Shown here: one piece after another, positions 26,653 through 35,203 of the stretch
How the letters are laid out: each line of letters opens with the position of its first letter
How positions within the stretch are numbered: position 1 is the first letter of the stretch
Virus record (IMG/VR): IMGVR_UViG_3300037502_000519
Coordinates: 1,039 to 65,038 of that record
Strand: one strand, 5' to 3'
Length of the DNA stretch: 64,000 bases
Source of the DNA: a virus
Taxonomy: Duplodnaviria; Caudoviricetes
Program-made: the position numbers and the translations under genes
Notes under the pieces: model-generated
The model's database searches: none
Seen by the model: only the letters and a program-made list of their open reading frames with translations
What the model was told of the DNA's origin: nothing

Positions 26653-27126
26653 ATGTCTGAACGAATTAGTCGTGACGGTACGCAAGAGCGTACGCCTAGA
26701 AACCTTCAAACACGTGAGAGTGCTGCCCGTATGGTCTATCAGCCTGCGAGCACGCTTCCAGAGCCAACTCCACAACCCGGATGGCGGTTTAAGTGGGTTG
26801 GCATAGAACTTTTGGGCCAGGCAACTCCCCAGAACGTATCCAAACGGACACGGGAAGGATGGGAGCCTGTACGCGCAGAAGATCACCCCGAGCTACAGCT
26901 CGCTGGCAACAAAAATGGTAACGTTGAACTCGGTGGTTTGATGCTATGCAAGATGCCGCAGGAGTTGGCAGATTCGCGTAACAACTACTATCAAGGTCAA
27001 AACAAGGCGCAGATGGAGGCTGTGGATAACAACTTCCTGCGAAACAATGACCCGCGCATGCCCCTGTTTAGCGAGAAGAAAAGCTCGACGACCAGAGGTG
27101 TTGGGTTTGGGTCTGGTTCTAAATAA
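26653..27126 (+). CDS. Conserved head-module hypothetical protein
   Basis: W...N......EGWEPV...GGL.LCK pattern; position in operon. Confidence 0.7.
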   Translation: MSERISRDGTQERTPRNLQTRESAARMVYQPASTLPEPTPQPGWRFKWVGIELLGQATPQNVSKRTREGWEPVRAEDHPELQLAGNKNGNVELGGLMLCKMPQELADSRNNYYQGQNKAQMEAVDNNFLRNNDPRMPLFSEKKSSTTRGVGFGSGSK

Positions 27127-27145
27127 CTTTTATTGAGAGGTTAAT

Positions 27146-27802
27146 ATGGCATATCCTGCTGTTTCAGCCCCTTACGGGCTAATCCCGATCAATTTGATCG
27201 GCGGTCAGGTGTTTGCTGGTGCAACTCGCCTAATTCCTATCGCTTCTAACTATGACACTTCCATTTTTTATGGTGATGTCGTGCGTATTAGCAGCGACGG
27301 CGTTCTGGTGAAAGAAACCGGTACCACCACCATCACTGCCACCGGTATTGTCGGTGTTTTCTTGGGTTGCACGTACACGAACCCCAACACCAAACAACCC
27401 CTGTTTTCCCAATACTATCCCGCCAACACGGTTGCGTCGGATATTCAGGCTTATGTAGCTGACGATCCTGACCAGTTGTTCAAAGTGGCTATCTGCTCGT
27501 CTGGTACCACTATTGGCACCGTTGGTCGTACGGCTGTTGGTCAGAACACCGCCCTCATTCAGAACTCTGGTAGCACAACTACCGGTAACTCTGGTGTGGC
27601 TGCGGATGATTCCACCTCGGCTGTTGCGTCTCGCCCCCTTCGCATTGTCGATGTGGTGCCTGCAACTGCTACTGGCGCTGATGCGTTCACTGAAGTTATT
27701 GTTAAGTGGAACGCCCCGTACGTCGCTACTACGTTTGTCGATCCCGACTACATTAGTACTGTGACCGGCGGACATCAGTATCTCAACCCGACTGGCGTAT
27801 AA
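27146..27802 (+). CDS. Probable capsid decoration / minor capsid protein
   Basis: Directly before MCP; PYGL.P, IF.GD.V, GVFLGC and V.DDP motifs. Confidence 0.6.
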   Translation: MAYPAVSAPYGLIPINLIGGQVFAGATRLIPIASNYDTSIFYGDVVRISSDGVLVKETGTTTITATGIVGVFLGCTYTNPNTKQPLFSQYYPANTVASDIQAYVADDPDQLFKVAICSSGTTIGTVGRTAVGQNTALIQNSGSTTTGNSGVAADDSTSAVASRPLRIVDVVPATATGADAFTEVIVKWNAPYVATTFVDPDYISTVTGGHQYLNPTGV

Positions 27803-27814
27803 GGAGCAAACTAA

Positions 27815-28723
27815 ATGGCTATTTCACGCGCCCAACTACTCAAGGAACTCCTGCCCGGTCTGAACGCATTGTTCGGTCTTGAATATGCTCGTTATGGCGA
27901 AGAGCATAAGGAGATTTACGAAACCGAAACCTCCGAGCGTTCGTTTGAAGAGGAAACCAAACTGTCTGGCTTCTCCGCCGCCCCGGTGAAGAACGAAGGC
28001 AGTGCGATTGCCTACGATAACGCGCAAGAGGCTTTTACATCGCGCTACACGCACGAGACCATTGCCCTTGGCTTCTCCGTTACGGAAGAGGCCATCGAGG
28101 ACAACCTGTACGACAGCCTGTCGTCCCGGTATACCAAGGCTCTGGCCCGTGCTATGGCGTACACCAAGCAAGTCAAGGCTGCTTCGGTTCTGAACAACGG
28201 CTTTAGCTCGTCCTACCCCGGTGGTGACGGTGTTGCCCTGTTCGATACCCAGCACCCCCTGATTTCTGGTGGTGTAAACTCCAACGAGCCTGCTACTCCG
28301 GCTGACCTGAACGAGACTTCTCTTGAAGCCGCCGTTATTCAGATCGCCGCGTGGACGGATGAGCGTGGTCTCCTGATCGCTGCTCGCCCCCGCAAGCTGA
28401 TTATTCCTCCTGCGCTGCAATTCGTTGCAACCCGTCTGTTGGAAACGGAACTCCGTACCGCTACGGCTGACAACGACATTAACGCCATTCGGAATAATGG
28501 CTCGATCCCCGAGGGTTATGCCATTAACCACTTCCTGACCGACCCGGATGCCTGGTTCCTCACCACGGACGTTCCTAACGGTCTGAAGCACTTTGTGCGT
28601 ACGCCGATGCAGACGTCAATGGATGGTGACTTCGATACAGGCAACGTACGTTACAAAGCTCGTGAGCGGTACAGCTTTGGCTGGAGTGACCCTCTCGGTA
28701 TGTTTGGATCTCCTGGCGCTTAA
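27815..28723 (+). CDS. Major capsid protein
   Basis: Strong SD AAGGAG; MAISRAQL.KEL.PGLNALFG...YKARERYSFG.SD pattern; followed by a terminator. Confidence 0.88.
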   Translation: MAISRAQLLKELLPGLNALFGLEYARYGEEHKEIYETETSERSFEEETKLSGFSAAPVKNEGSAIAYDNAQEAFTSRYTHETIALGFSVTEEAIEDNLYDSLSSRYTKALARAMAYTKQVKAASVLNNGFSSSYPGGDGVALFDTQHPLISGGVNSNEPATPADLNETSLEAAVIQIAAWTDERGLLIAARPRKLIIPPALQFVATRLLETELRTATADNDINAIRNNGSIPEGYAINHFLTDPDAWFLTTDVPNGLKHFVRTPMQTSMDGDFDTGNVRYKARERYSFGWSDPLGMFGSPGA

Positions 28724-28755
28724 GCCTTATAAATCAAGCCTTTGGGCTAGATTGG

Positions 28756-28780
28756 AACCCCGCCTTGCGCGGGGTTTTTT
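28756..28780 (+). terminator. Intrinsic terminator after MCP
   Basis: AACCCCGC-CTTGC-GCGGGGTT followed by a T run. Confidence 0.85.
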
Positions 28781-28822
28781 ATTGTTGTATGATTTCCCGT
28801 ATCGTAACCAAAGGAGGAAATC

Positions 28823-29431
28823 ATGGAGTATCCAAAGAACCGCGCAGAGGCAAAAGCACAAGGTGCAACGCACTACTTCACAGGCTTGCCATGCTCTAGG
28901 GGGCATATAGCCTTACGCAAAACCAAGGGTGTATGCGTTGAGTGCATGAAGGAAGACTGGGTAGTAGATAACGAGAAGCGTAAGGAGAAGCCGAAGTCTG
29001 AAGCGGCTAGGGCCGCAGGGAGACGCTACTACCAGAAGAATCGTGAGGCTGTTATTGCGCGCGCGGCAGCTAGACCTTCTGAAGAAAGACAAAAAGCGCG
29101 GAACAGACATAAAGCCGCCAACCCAGAACTTTACAAAGCGCTAACCAGCGTGCGTAAACGGCGTCATAGAAACGCCACACCGTCTTGGGTCGGTGCTGCT
29201 GAGAAAAAAGCTATTCGCCAGCTATACCTAGAAGCGCAGAGACTTACCAGACTTACTGGCGAACGCTACGTGGTGGACCACATTTACCCGTTAATCAGCG
29301 AAGAGGTTTGTGGGCTACACGTTTTAAAGAATTTGCGGGTGATGACGCAAGCCGAAAACTTAGCCAAGTCCAACAAAATGCCGGATCTGCTAGAGACGTG
29401 GAAACACCTTGACGCCCCCACAAATACCTGA
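28823..29431 (+). CDS. Free-standing HNH endonuclease
   Basis: YFTG.PC..GH...CVEC N-terminal domain; VDHIYPL...CGLH...NL......N..K.N. Confidence 0.85.
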   Translation: MEYPKNRAEAKAQGATHYFTGLPCSRGHIALRKTKGVCVECMKEDWVVDNEKRKEKPKSEAARAAGRRYYQKNREAVIARAAARPSEERQKARNRHKAANPELYKALTSVRKRRHRNATPSWVGAAEKKAIRQLYLEAQRLTRLTGERYVVDHIYPLISEEVCGLHVLKNLRVMTQAENLAKSNKMPDLLETWKHLDAPTNT

Positions 29432-29437
29432 TACAAA
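29409..29437 (+). promoter_or_regulatory. sigma70-type promoter
   Basis: TTGACG, 17 bp spacer, TACAAA with TG extended -10. Confidence 0.5.
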
Positions 29438-29443
29438 GAGAAC

Positions 29444-29532
29444 AAGTCTAGGATTTTTACTCATATCGACTGACCTAGCAGACTTAGTAGAGACGATATG
29501 GGGATGTGCTACTACACAAGGAGTCTCTAATG
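29444..29532 (+). ncRNA. Candidate structured 5' leader RNA (double pseudoknot)
   Basis: 9-bp stem 29460-68/29494-502; CUAGG/CCUAG and UAGUAG/CUACUA cross-pairings. Confidence 0.55.
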
Positions 29533-29949
29533 GCACGTACGACCTTTAATGGCCCAGTCGTATCCCAAAACGGGTTTATTGACGGGCACCAAGTTGAATC
29601 CGCCAACGCAATTAACGCAACTGCTACTGCCACACCGGCTCAAGTTGCTTCTGGCTACATCACTTCTACTTCTGCTTCGGCAACCACTATTACGCTTCCC
29701 ACAGGTACGGATCTTGGTAGCGCTATCGGTGCAACTAAAGGTACGGTTCTTGACCTTTACATCGACAACACTGGTGGATCAAGCACGGTAACTATTGCGG
29801 TAAACACCAATGCTATTCTTTCTACCGCCGCTGCTGACACCGCTGGTTCGTTTGGTGATCTGACAGTTGCGTCCGGTGCTACTGGCCTTGCGCGTTACAC
29901 GCTGATGTTCTCTAGCCCCACGGCATACGTCTTCACGCGTACCGCTTAA
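29530..29949 (+). CDS. Probable virion structural protein (MARTTFNGPV...)
   Basis: SD AAGGAG before ATG 29530; T/A/S-rich. Confidence 0.7.
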   Translation: MARTTFNGPVVSQNGFIDGHQVESANAINATATATPAQVASGYITSTSASATTITLPTGTDLGSAIGATKGTVLDLYIDNTGGSSTVTIAVNTNAILSTAAADTAGSFGDLTVASGATGLARYTLMFSSPTAYVFTRTA

Positions 29950-29962
29950 TTAGGAGGCTCAA

Positions 29963-30274
29963 ATGCCTACTATGCAATATGACGTACTAGCGACTAAGCC
30001 GCTAGAGTCAACCGGTAACTTTTTAGACCAAAACAACAATGCCATTCAACGGTCGCGGATTAAGACTATCTATGCTGTTAATGGCGCTAGTGCTGGGTCT
30101 GTGGTTATTCGTGAAGGCGGTGCTAGTGGAAAAATCCTTATAACGGTCAATACCGCTGCTAGTACAACCGCTGGTTACACGATTATCCCGATGCCCGGCG
30201 AAGGTATTCTGTGCGAGTCTGGTCTGCACGGTACTGTCACCAACACCACTTCGATGACTCTGATCTATGGCTAA
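29963..30274 (+). CDS. Hypothetical structural protein
   Basis: SD AGGAGG; PGEGILC motif. Confidence 0.65.
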   Translation: MPTMQYDVLATKPLESTGNFLDQNNNAIQRSRIKTIYAVNGASAGSVVIREGGASGKILITVNTAASTTAGYTIIPMPGEGILCESGLHGTVTNTTSMTLIYG

Positions 30275-30521
30275 GACTCCAGCATGGCAGCGTAAAGAGG
30301 GCAAGAACCCTAAAGGGGGTCTTAACGCCAAGGGCCGAGCTTCTTATAACGCTGCCAACCCTGGAAAGCCGGGGTTAAAAGCCCCGCAGCCTGAAGGCGG
30401 TCCTAGGCGGGATTCGTTCTGTGCCCGTATGAAAGGCATGAAGAAGAAGCTGACATCTGCCAAGACAGCTAAAGATCCGAACTCTCGTATCAATAAATCG
30501 TTGAGAGCATGGAACTGCTAA
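30267..30521 (+). CDS. Small basic conserved phage protein (DUF6321-like)
   Basis: AW.RKEGK...GGLN.KGR...SFCARM...DPNSR....L..W.C. Confidence 0.75.
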   Translation: MAKTPAWQRKEGKNPKGGLNAKGRASYNAANPGKPGLKAPQPEGGPRRDSFCARMKGMKKKLTSAKTAKDPNSRINKSLRAWNC

Positions 30522-30767
30522 ATGGAGATGATGCTTTGGAACGTCGTGTTGAGCGCGATAGTGGCGGTTATGGGTATGCTGCTTAAGGGCAAGTTCGATG
30601 AACTACAGCGGATCAGCATTTTGCTGAACCGTACGCGGGAAGAAGTGGCGCGGGAGCACATTACCCGCGCAGAAGTACGGGCCGATCTGGATAAGATTCG
30701 GGAACATTTTGATGATGGGTTCAAGCGTCTGGAAGCCAAGATAGACGCGTTAGGCCAACGTAATTAG
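30522..30767 (+). CDS. Small membrane-anchored coiled-coil protein
   Basis: N-terminal hydrophobic helix; LLN.TREE...RLE.KID. Confidence 0.65.
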   Translation: MEMMLWNVVLSAIVAVMGMLLKGKFDELQRISILLNRTREEVAREHITRAEVRADLDKIREHFDDGFKRLEAKIDALGQRN

Positions 30768-30781
30768 GAAAAGGAACTGCT

Positions 30782-30943
30782 ATGAAAAAGATGACTGGTA
30801 TGGGTGCCACCAAGATGGGCGCTGTTAAGACTGCCGCCCCGAGCCGTGACGGTGTTGCTACCAAAGGCAAAACCAAGGGCAAGATGATCGCCATGATGAA
30901 TGGCGGTATGCCGAAGACCAAGATGACCAAGGCTAAGTGCTAA
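30782..30943 (+). CDS. Small K/M/G-rich peptide (53 aa, not in ORF track)
   Basis: Hand-translated MKKMTGMG...DGVATKGKTKG...MNGG...; SD AAGGA. Confidence 0.6.
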   Translation: MKKMTGMGATKMGAVKTAAPSRDGVATKGKTKGKMIAMMNGGMPKTKMTKAKC

Positions 30944-31228
30944 ATGTTGCCGAGTCGCGGGATGGGCGCAGTGCGCTCATCCAAAATGCCAAAAGCTAAA
31001 ACGGGACGCCGTAAAGATGGTGACACGTTTCAGACGTTCAAAGATGGCGGCGAGACTAAATCGCGTGTCAATGAAGCAGGCACTTATACGAAGCCTTCAA
31101 TGCGTAAGCGTCTTTTTGAACAGGTTAAGGCAGCGGCTACACATGGCACCAAAGCTGGTCAGTGGTCAGCACGCAAGGCGCAACTCCTGGCTAAGAAGTA
31201 TCGAGCCGCCGGAGGTGGGTATAAGTGA
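30944..31228 (+). CDS. Basic protein resembling the N-terminal half of DUF5872
   Basis: YTKP..RKR....K.....G...GQWSARKAQLLA..Y...GGGY. Confidence 0.7.
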   Translation: MLPSRGMGAVRSSKMPKAKTGRRKDGDTFQTFKDGGETKSRVNEAGTYTKPSMRKRLFEQVKAAATHGTKAGQWSARKAQLLAKKYRAAGGGYK

Positions 31229-31327
31229 TTTCTCCGCCCGTGTACGACCCCAAACGGGACGGCAATGTGTTTTCGTGGGTTTTAAAAGCTGCACAGGTGT
31301 TCCGGGAGCGGAGAAAGACTGAAGTAG

Positions 31328-31567
31328 ATGCCACTAAAGAAGCCGCAGCAGAGCTTAAAAGACTGGACCAGCCAAAAGTGGAGAACTAAAAGTGGGAAAC
31401 CGTCTTCCGTTACTGGCGAACGTTACCTCCCAGAGAAGGCGATCAACGCACTATCTCCAGCTGAGTATGCAGCGACGACTAGAGCGAAAAGAACTGGTAA
31501 AGCTGCTGGAAAACAATTTGTTAAACAACCAAAGTCAGTTGCAGCAAAGACAGCGAGGTTTCGATAA
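31328..31567 (+). CDS. Basic protein resembling the C-terminal half of DUF5872
   Basis: Q.SLK.WT.QKW.TKSG...GERYLP..A...L. Confidence 0.7.
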   Translation: MPLKKPQQSLKDWTSQKWRTKSGKPSSVTGERYLPEKAINALSPAEYAATTRAKRTGKAAGKQFVKQPKSVAAKTARFR

Positions 31568-31827
31568 TGGCGAAGACATTTCCAGATCTGAATAAAGACG
31601 GCGAAGTCACCAAGGCCGACGTGCTAATGGGACGTGGGGTTGTTGAGAAAAAGGCTGGCGGATGGATACAAAAGGCGATCAAAAAACCCGGCGCTTTACG
31701 AAAATCGCTTGGTGTGAAAAAAGGCGAAACAATCCCAGAAAAGAAATTAGTCGCCGCCTCCAAGAAGCCTGGAAAACTAGGCCAACGTGCGCGTCTTGCC
31801 CGTACGCTAAAAGGGATGAGTAAGTGA
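31567..31827 (+). CDS. Small basic protein with EF-hand-like DxNxDG loop
   Basis: DLNKDGEVTKAD; WIQ.AIK.PGAL...RARLA.TL. Confidence 0.65.
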   Translation: MAKTFPDLNKDGEVTKADVLMGRGVVEKKAGGWIQKAIKKPGALRKSLGVKKGETIPEKKLVAASKKPGKLGQRARLARTLKGMSK

Positions 31828-32543
31828 CAACCTCTGGCACCGCCACCTTCAACCTCGATCTTAACGAGCTTGTAGAAGAAGCGTTTGAGCGCTGTGGCGC
31901 AGAGTTGCGTACGGGCTATGACCTTCGTACGGCGCGGCGCAGCATGAACCTGCTGTTTGCCGATTGGGCAAACCGAGGTATCAATCTGTGGACGGTAGAG
32001 CAGGGCCAGATCGTTCTGGTGCCTGGGCAAGCCACTTACGCGCTTCCCGTGGACACGGTGGATCTTTTAGAGCATGTGATCCGTACACAAGCCGGTAGCG
32101 TGCCCAATCAGGCGGATCTGACGATTACGCGGATCAGTGTCTCGACCTACGCTACGATCCCTAACAAGCTGGCACAGGGCAGGCCCATCCAGGTCTGGAT
32201 CAACCGGCAGAGCGGTGCTACGACCCCCACAGGCGTCAACGCGCCTACGATCAATGTCTGGCCTACCCCTGATACTTCGACGACCTATACGTTCGTTTAC
32301 TGGCGTATGCGGCGTATCCAAGATGCTGGGGCTGGCGGGGTGCACACCCAAGATATTCCGTTCCGTTTTCTTAACTGCTTGACAGCAGGGCTTGCGTACT
32401 ACCTAGCGTTAAAAATTCCTGAAGCATACAACCGTCTGGCTGACCTAAAGGTTATGTATGACGAGGCGTGGGAGTTGGCGGCAGGTGAGGATCGTGAGAA
32501 GGCGGCGGACAGGCTTGTTCCCCGCAGAATGTATATAACGTGA
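31824..32543 (+). CDS. Head-tail adaptor / tail tubular-A-like protein
   Basis: EEAFER.G...ARRS.NL....WANRG.NLW; GRP; WP.PD; GLAYY. Confidence 0.65.
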   Translation: MTTSGTATFNLDLNELVEEAFERCGAELRTGYDLRTARRSMNLLFADWANRGINLWTVEQGQIVLVPGQATYALPVDTVDLLEHVIRTQAGSVPNQADLTITRISVSTYATIPNKLAQGRPIQVWINRQSGATTPTGVNAPTINVWPTPDTSTTYTFVYWRMRRIQDAGAGGVHTQDIPFRFLNCLTAGLAYYLALKIPEAYNRLADLKVMYDEAWELAAGEDREKAADRLVPRRMYIT

Positions 32544-32544
32544 T

Positions 32545-32967
32545 ATGGGTAACAGGTTTGCGTCAGGCAAGATTGCGATCTCGGAGTGTGATCGCTGTGG
32601 GTTTCAGTACCGCCTGAAAGAGTTACGAACGCTCATAATCAAGACAAAGAACGTCAATCTGCTGGTCTGCCGTGAATGTTGGGAAGAAGATCAGCCGCAG
32701 TTGCAGTTAGGGATGTACCCTGTAGATGACCCGCAAGGGCTGCGTAATCCGCGTCCTGATACAACGTATATAACGGCGGGTACCACAGGGTTACAAGTAA
32801 CGTCAGGGGCGGGTCCATTAGGTGACGGGACACCCTCTGGGGGTAGTAGAATTATCCAATGGGGTTGGGCACCGGTGGGTGGCTCTCGGGCCAACGATGA
32901 TGGGCTGACACCAAACAATCTAGCGCTGAGCATCACGCTTGGCGCTGTAACTGTAGCGACTGTATAG
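32545..32967 (+). CDS. Conserved hypothetical protein (CxxC...CxxC)
   Basis: CDRCGF...VC.EC...PQ...DPQ.L..PRPD. Confidence 0.7.
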   Translation: MGNRFASGKIAISECDRCGFQYRLKELRTLIIKTKNVNLLVCRECWEEDQPQLQLGMYPVDDPQGLRNPRPDTTYITAGTTGLQVTSGAGPLGDGTPSGGSRIIQWGWAPVGGSRANDDGLTPNNLALSITLGAVTVATV

Positions 32968-32975
32968 GAGGTTGT

Positions 32976-33149
32976 ATGAAAGACGCAGCTAAGAAGGCGG
33001 TTCACAAGCACGAGAAAACCATGCACCCCGGCAAGCCCCTGACAAAGCTCAAAAAGGGCGGTTCGCCTATGGAGTCTATGCTGGAGAAGAAGATGGGCAA
33101 GGGCATGGCGAAAGTCATGATGCAGAAAAAAGCTGGAAGGGGTCGATAA
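32976..33149 (+). CDS. Small K/M-rich peptide (57 aa, not in ORF track)
   Basis: SD AGGAGG; MKDAAKKAVHKHEK...KLKKGG... Confidence 0.6.
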   Translation: MKDAAKKAVHKHEKTMHPGKPLTKLKKGGSPMESMLEKKMGKGMAKVMMQKKAGRGR

Positions 33150-33289
33150 TGCAGACGAAACAACCTAAACCGGTTCCGGTTCCCAATACCTGCGGGTATC
33201 CCAACAACGTGCCTAATACGCAGACCGTGCGTACGCGTGGCTGTGGCGCTGCAACAAAAGGCTGCAACTCTAGCAAGAAGCTGGGATAA
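33149..33289 (+). CDS. Small peptide with RGxGAATKG motif (46 aa, not in ORF track)
   Basis: TAATG coupling to the upstream ORF; abuts the next gene. Confidence 0.6.
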   Translation: MQTKQPKPVPVPNTCGYPNNVPNTQTVRTRGCGAATKGCNSSKKLG

Positions 33290-34006
33290 ATGAACTACGC
33301 AACTCTGTTTGAGACGATTAAGGGGTATGTCGAAAATGACTTCCCCAATACACAGTACTCAGATTCGTCTGGTACTTTGGTTAATTACACGTCTAAAGAA
33401 CAGATTGACACCTTCATCCAGCAAGCTGAGCAGCGGATCTACAACAGCGTTCAGTTTCCTTCGATACGGAAAAACGTAACTGGCACGACATATCCGTCTA
33501 ACCCATATCTATCCTCACCTCTTGATTTTTTAGCCGTGTATTCGTTAGCTGTTATCGACGGTAGTGGTAACTACGAATATTTGCTAAACAAAGACGTTAA
33601 CTTTTTACGCGCTGCTTATCCAAACCCTACGTCAACAGGTATTCCTAAGTATTACGCGCTATTTGGCCCTACAACGACTAACACTTCTCCGCCCGTCATA
33701 ACAAACGAGTTGAGTTTTATGTTGGCTCCTACGCCAGATACCGCGTATACGGTGGAGCTTCACTATTACTACTACCCAGAGTCGATTGTTACGGCTAATA
33801 CGACATGGCTTGGAGATAATTTTGACTCCGCGTTGTTATACGGCGCACTGATCGAAGCCTACACATTTATGAAGGGTGAGGCTGATGTTATTGCTGGGTA
33901 CAACAAGCGCTACGAAGAGGCGATGAATCTGGCTAAACGCCTTGGTGATGGCATGGAGCGTCAGGACGCGTATCGTTCTGGGCAGGTAAGGTATCCGGTG
34001 AGATAA
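33290..34006 (+). CDS. Second head-tail connector-like protein
   Basis: MNY..L...I..Y.E...FI..AE.RI; G.PKYYA; APTPD..Y..EL.Y; LLYG.L.EA. Confidence 0.65.
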   Translation: MNYATLFETIKGYVENDFPNTQYSDSSGTLVNYTSKEQIDTFIQQAEQRIYNSVQFPSIRKNVTGTTYPSNPYLSSPLDFLAVYSLAVIDGSGNYEYLLNKDVNFLRAAYPNPTSTGIPKYYALFGPTTTNTSPPVITNELSFMLAPTPDTAYTVELHYYYYPESIVTANTTWLGDNFDSALLYGALIEAYTFMKGEADVIAGYNKRYEEAMNLAKRLGDGMERQDAYRSGQVRYPVR

Positions 34007-34417
34007 ATGGCGTTTACTGGCAACTACACTTGCAACTCTTTTAAGAACGGTCTTTTAGAGGGCGCGTTTAATTTTGACTCGGGTACTTTCCGTATCGCGC
34101 TCTATAACAATACAGCAACGCTAAATGCTGATACTAGCGCCTACACCACAACAGGTGAGGTTGTTGCTTCTGGATATACGGCTGGTGGTCAAATACTGAC
34201 GCCAACCCAAAGCATTTCAAACGGCGTGGCTTTTGTGTCGTTTGGTTCAGTGTCGTGGTCTGGGGCGTTTACCGCAAGGGGCGCATTGATCTACAAGGCA
34301 GGTGACAACGGGGCTATTTGTGTTTTAGATTTTGGTTCAGATAAGACCTCGACTACGACATTCACGGTGACATTCCCTACAGCATCCAGCACGGATGCGT
34401 TAATTCGACTTTCGTAA
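34007..34417 (+). CDS. Conserved tail-module protein
   Basis: SFK..LL....F....F.IALY; GYTAGG; ARGALIY; LDFG.DK. Confidence 0.65.
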   Translation: MAFTGNYTCNSFKNGLLEGAFNFDSGTFRIALYNNTATLNADTSAYTTTGEVVASGYTAGGQILTPTQSISNGVAFVSFGSVSWSGAFTARGALIYKAGDNGAICVLDFGSDKTSTTTFTVTFPTASSTDALIRLS

Positions 34418-34428
34418 AGGAGTTTAAG

Positions 34429-35004
34429 ATGCAAGTTAAAGCTAAAAGCACTGACCTAGTTGCTGGGTCTGTCGCCGCAAATAAAGGTTTTGGCGAAGGC
34501 GCTGCTGGCGGTGGCGTGTTTCATTTCAAGTGCTATGACAAAGATGGCAACCTGAAGTGGGAAGACACGGCTAAAAACCTCGTGGTCAATACCGGTCTGC
34601 AAGACATGAACACCAAGTATTTTAAGGGCGTTACTTACACAGCCGCTTGGTATATTGGTCTTGTAAGCAATTCCGGGTTTAGCGCATATGCGGCTGGTGA
34701 CACCCTTGCTTCTCACGCTGGCTGGACTGAGACTACAGCATATTCTGGCGGTAACCGGGCAACAGCTACGTTTGGTACTGCGACAACGGCTGATCCGTCA
34801 GTTATCAATAACTCTGGTTCTCCCGCTGCATTTAGCATCACAGGTACGGTAACGGTAAAAGGCGCTTTCCTTTGCAACGTACAAGACAACACAAATAATA
34901 CGGGCCTTCTGTTCTCTGTCTCCAACTTTACTGGTGGAGATCGGTCTGTAGTGAACGGTGACACGTTGAACGTAACCTATGAATTCAGCCTTGATGCTGC
35001 TTAA
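34429..35004 (+). CDS. Tail-module structural protein
   Basis: KW.D...NLVVN.G; GD.LNVTY; strong SD. Confidence 0.65.
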   Translation: MQVKAKSTDLVAGSVAANKGFGEGAAGGGVFHFKCYDKDGNLKWEDTAKNLVVNTGLQDMNTKYFKGVTYTAAWYIGLVSNSGFSAYAAGDTLASHAGWTETTAYSGGNRATATFGTATTADPSVINNSGSPAAFSITGTVTVKGAFLCNVQDNTNNTGLLFSVSNFTGGDRSVVNGDTLNVTYEFSLDAA

Positions 35005-35014
35005 AGGATAAAAA

Positions 35015-35194
35015 ATGGCTACGACATTTACAAAGAATCAGACTGTCCGTCTTAAAGTCACGGTTCCGCAGGGGCCAATTGATGCTCTTCGTATGGATGA
35101 GAACGGTACGGTTTTTTATCGTGTTTCTTGGGTTGACGCCGATGGCAATACACAGTCACGGTGGTTTGCTGAGAGCGAATTAGAAACCGTCTAG
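35015..35194 (+). CDS. Small protein MATTFTKNQTV... (59 aa, not in ORF track)
   Basis: Hand-translated; SD AAGGA. Confidence 0.6.
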   Translation: MATTFTKNQTVRLKVTVPQGPIDALRMDENGTVFYRVSWVDADGNTQSRWFAESELETV

Positions 35195-35203
35195 AGGTAA
35201 TAC

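Noticed and set aside
27836-28591. Long antisense ORFs (also 210-944, 15756-16544, 52971-53885 and others)
   Set aside because: Shadows of real genes on the opposite strand, with no RBS or recognisable motifs.
29468-29495. CUGA...GAGAC resembling a hammerhead core
   Set aside because: Lacks CUGANGA and GAAA.
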